A stretch of 38,428 nt of DNA from Sphaeroforma arctica JP610 (Eukaryota): assembly GCF_001186125.1 (NCBI RefSeq), contig NW_014040326.1:6807-45234 (forward strand), given 5' to 3'. Shown piece by piece: positions 36,701 through 38,428 of this stretch. The notes under the pieces were generated by a model. It ran no database searches and was not told the DNA's origin. It saw nothing but the letters and a program-made list of their open reading frames with translations. Positions within the stretch are counted from its first letter, which is position 1, and the number at the start of each line of letters is the position of its first letter. Position numbers and translations under genes: made by a program.

Positions 36701-38319
36701 CCTACGTACGTACGCATGGACTAATACAGAAAAAAAGGATTCTGATGGACTGATACCACCCAATCAATCATATAAGATCCTGTGTATGTGTATGTTTAGC
36801 AGTACGAATTGGAGATTAGTACTAGCAGTACGTTTCCTAGCTACTTTGGCCTGGAATAGTACACAACACACGTATTCTATGAGATTGTGATTTCGTGTGT
36901 ATATGCGTACGGGCCGTGTGGGCCCATAGACTTCCTGAACTGCTTTAAGGGCTGCCTAGTCAATGGGGTTACTCACCTGTTTTAGGGTTTTACAGGTTGA
37001 GTATATAACAGTACATGTTCTGAATACTTACTTATGCAATAATACACCAACACATATATTCTGAGCGTCTGGGGTTTCAGTAGAAATATGTGTACAGGTC
37101 CGTCAATTTTGTGCACTACTTTGAAGGTCGTCTAATCCGTAGAGCTATTCACCACCCAATCAAACATGAATGACCTCAGGACTAGATATTTTGGATAAAA
37201 GGTATGGGTAGTTATGTTGTATAATAGGCATGAGTAGGTATTTTGTATAATGAACATGAGTAGGTATGTTGTGTAATAGACATGAGTAGGTTTTTTGTGT
37301 AATATGTATGAGCAGGTATGTTGTATAAAAGGCATGAGTGGCTGGTTGATCTGTACAGAATAGAGTAGCATATTCATTTCCTCAGCGGAAGTACGCAGAT
37401 AAAACAAAACAAAACAAAACAGTGTAACACTCTCCGTGAGGCTAATATGATATATAGATATATACGTATATTATAATCAATTCACACCATATATCATACA
37501 TCACCTACAACAAGCACGTATGCACCGCCAGAGACTTGTGGATTAAACACTTACCATTGTAGGGGGCTTGCATAGTGATGACTCCGTACATATGCTCTTG
37601 CAGCTGACGAGACCGAAACAACAGGAGGAGGTTAGTGATGTGCAATACGAGTAGAAGGTGTGCCGGACGATAGGTATAGTGTGGCAACGGAATATGCATA
37701 TGAGTACACGCGAGTGTTGACGGAATCAGGAGCGATAGGTGGCATTGTGTAGGGTGCTATGTGTCTCAAGCCATGTATTAGTACCAAACGATACGGAAAG
37801 AAGGCAAAAGAATACTTCCAGGATGGTCAGCTATAGACATGGCGGCTACATATACTACATATAATAAGACTAACGTACACACAAGCAAACACAAGGATGC
37901 AACTGTTTTCACCTGTGATGAACGCTCCTTCACCACAAAAAGCTCAACTCTGTTGCACGTTCCTAATCCGCAAAAAGAACATAAAACAGTAAAAATATAC
38001 GATGTGTACATAAGCGTGCCAAAGCCAAACCCCAAGAAGTGAATGTGCTGGCTCATATGCAAACAGTCATACCTCTGCGCATAACTTAGAACAAACCACT
38101 GCATGACATCCCCCAATGCAGTATATAGTTCAACATCCCAAAGCAATCTTAATTTATAAACATACCTATCGATATATATATACATACATATATACAAATA
38201 TATATATATATATATATTACTTACCTCGGGGTACTTGATCAGCGCCAGTGCAATATCACAGCCCCCTTTGGAGTGGCCATATATAACTAACTTCTTGGAG
38301 GGGAATCGAAGGTGCATTT
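33792..38319 (-). CDS. Alpha/beta-hydrolase (lipase-like, GHSKGG nucleophile elbow), 3' part; exons 38319-38225, 37603-37555, 36512-36354, 35604-35510, 34331-34158, 33887-33792
   Basis: Six phase-compatible GT-AG exons give KKLVIYGHSKGGCDIALALIKYPE|LQEHMYGVITMQAPYNG|SYMIDWVV...YEDLAYPSRK...GRK|IPTVNMCT...GSMR|THLK...KNDGMVAPADGRMPGASLVYLENMYHTEPAMQ|MPGTEYKNGALSQALLACLLEKISREGTNTT*. Candidate Ser-Asp-His triad (GHSKG, NDGMV, MYH). The 5' exons lie beyond the window. Confidence 0.85.
34980..35509 (-). repeat. 120-134-bp tandem repeat derived from the hydrolase exon end plus donor (ggggtcaatgagg|gtatgt), 4 copies
   Basis: Donor copies at 35006-35007, 35140-35141, 35265-35266 and 35385-35386; the true donor is at 35508-35509. 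Confidence 0.92.
36010..36880 (-). repeat. Two tandem arrays (~150 bp and ~140 bp units) copying the donor and acceptor ends of hydrolase exon 36354-36512
   Basis: ttctgagtgccatacagg...ctcttcctgc recurs at ~36014, ~36166 and ~36316; ccacccaatcaatcata...gattagtact recurs at ~36489, ~36625 and ~36756. Confidence 0.88.
37195..37340. repeat. ~26-bp minisatellite (catgagtaggtatgttgtataatag)
   Basis: About five copies are visible. Confidence 0.8.
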
Positions 38320-38428
38320 CTGAGCGGTATATAAATACATTGCAAGGTTGATCACGGCTTTTCAGAGCGTTTTATAAATTAATCGCAATAAATATATACA
38401 CACACACATATGTATACACACACACACA

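Overview
Eukaryotic, intron-rich draft-assembly DNA with microsatellite-filled introns and four N-gaps. A unicellular holozoan or other protist is plausible, but the sequence alone cannot establish that. I reconstructed these genes by hand from GT-AG junctions and reading-frame phase: (1) part of a minus-strand Host Cell Factor (HCF-1)-like kelch/Fn3 gene (700-5433); (2) a plus-strand Exonuclease 1 (EXO1, XPG/FEN family) gene with 11 visible exons (7204-19864), whose H3TH-encoding segment is not visible and probably lies in a gap; (3) an intronless vWA + alpha-kinase pseudogene (minus, 22798-25094); (4) a decayed UNC-93-like MFS membrane-protein pseudogene (plus, ~28690-29480); (5) an intact intronless FAD/NAD(P)-dependent oxidoreductase (31132-32727); (6) the last six exons of a minus-strand alpha/beta-hydrolase (33792-38319). 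The most striking pattern is that many intronic tandem repeats are degenerate 'echoes' of the neighbouring exon-intron junction, splice site included. This occurs at about ten junctions in two unrelated genes, and some echoes form potential in-frame cryptic exons. There is also a ~10 kb repeat-poor island of intronless genes containing locally 'stuttered' DNA. All family assignments come from recalled motifs, not database searches.
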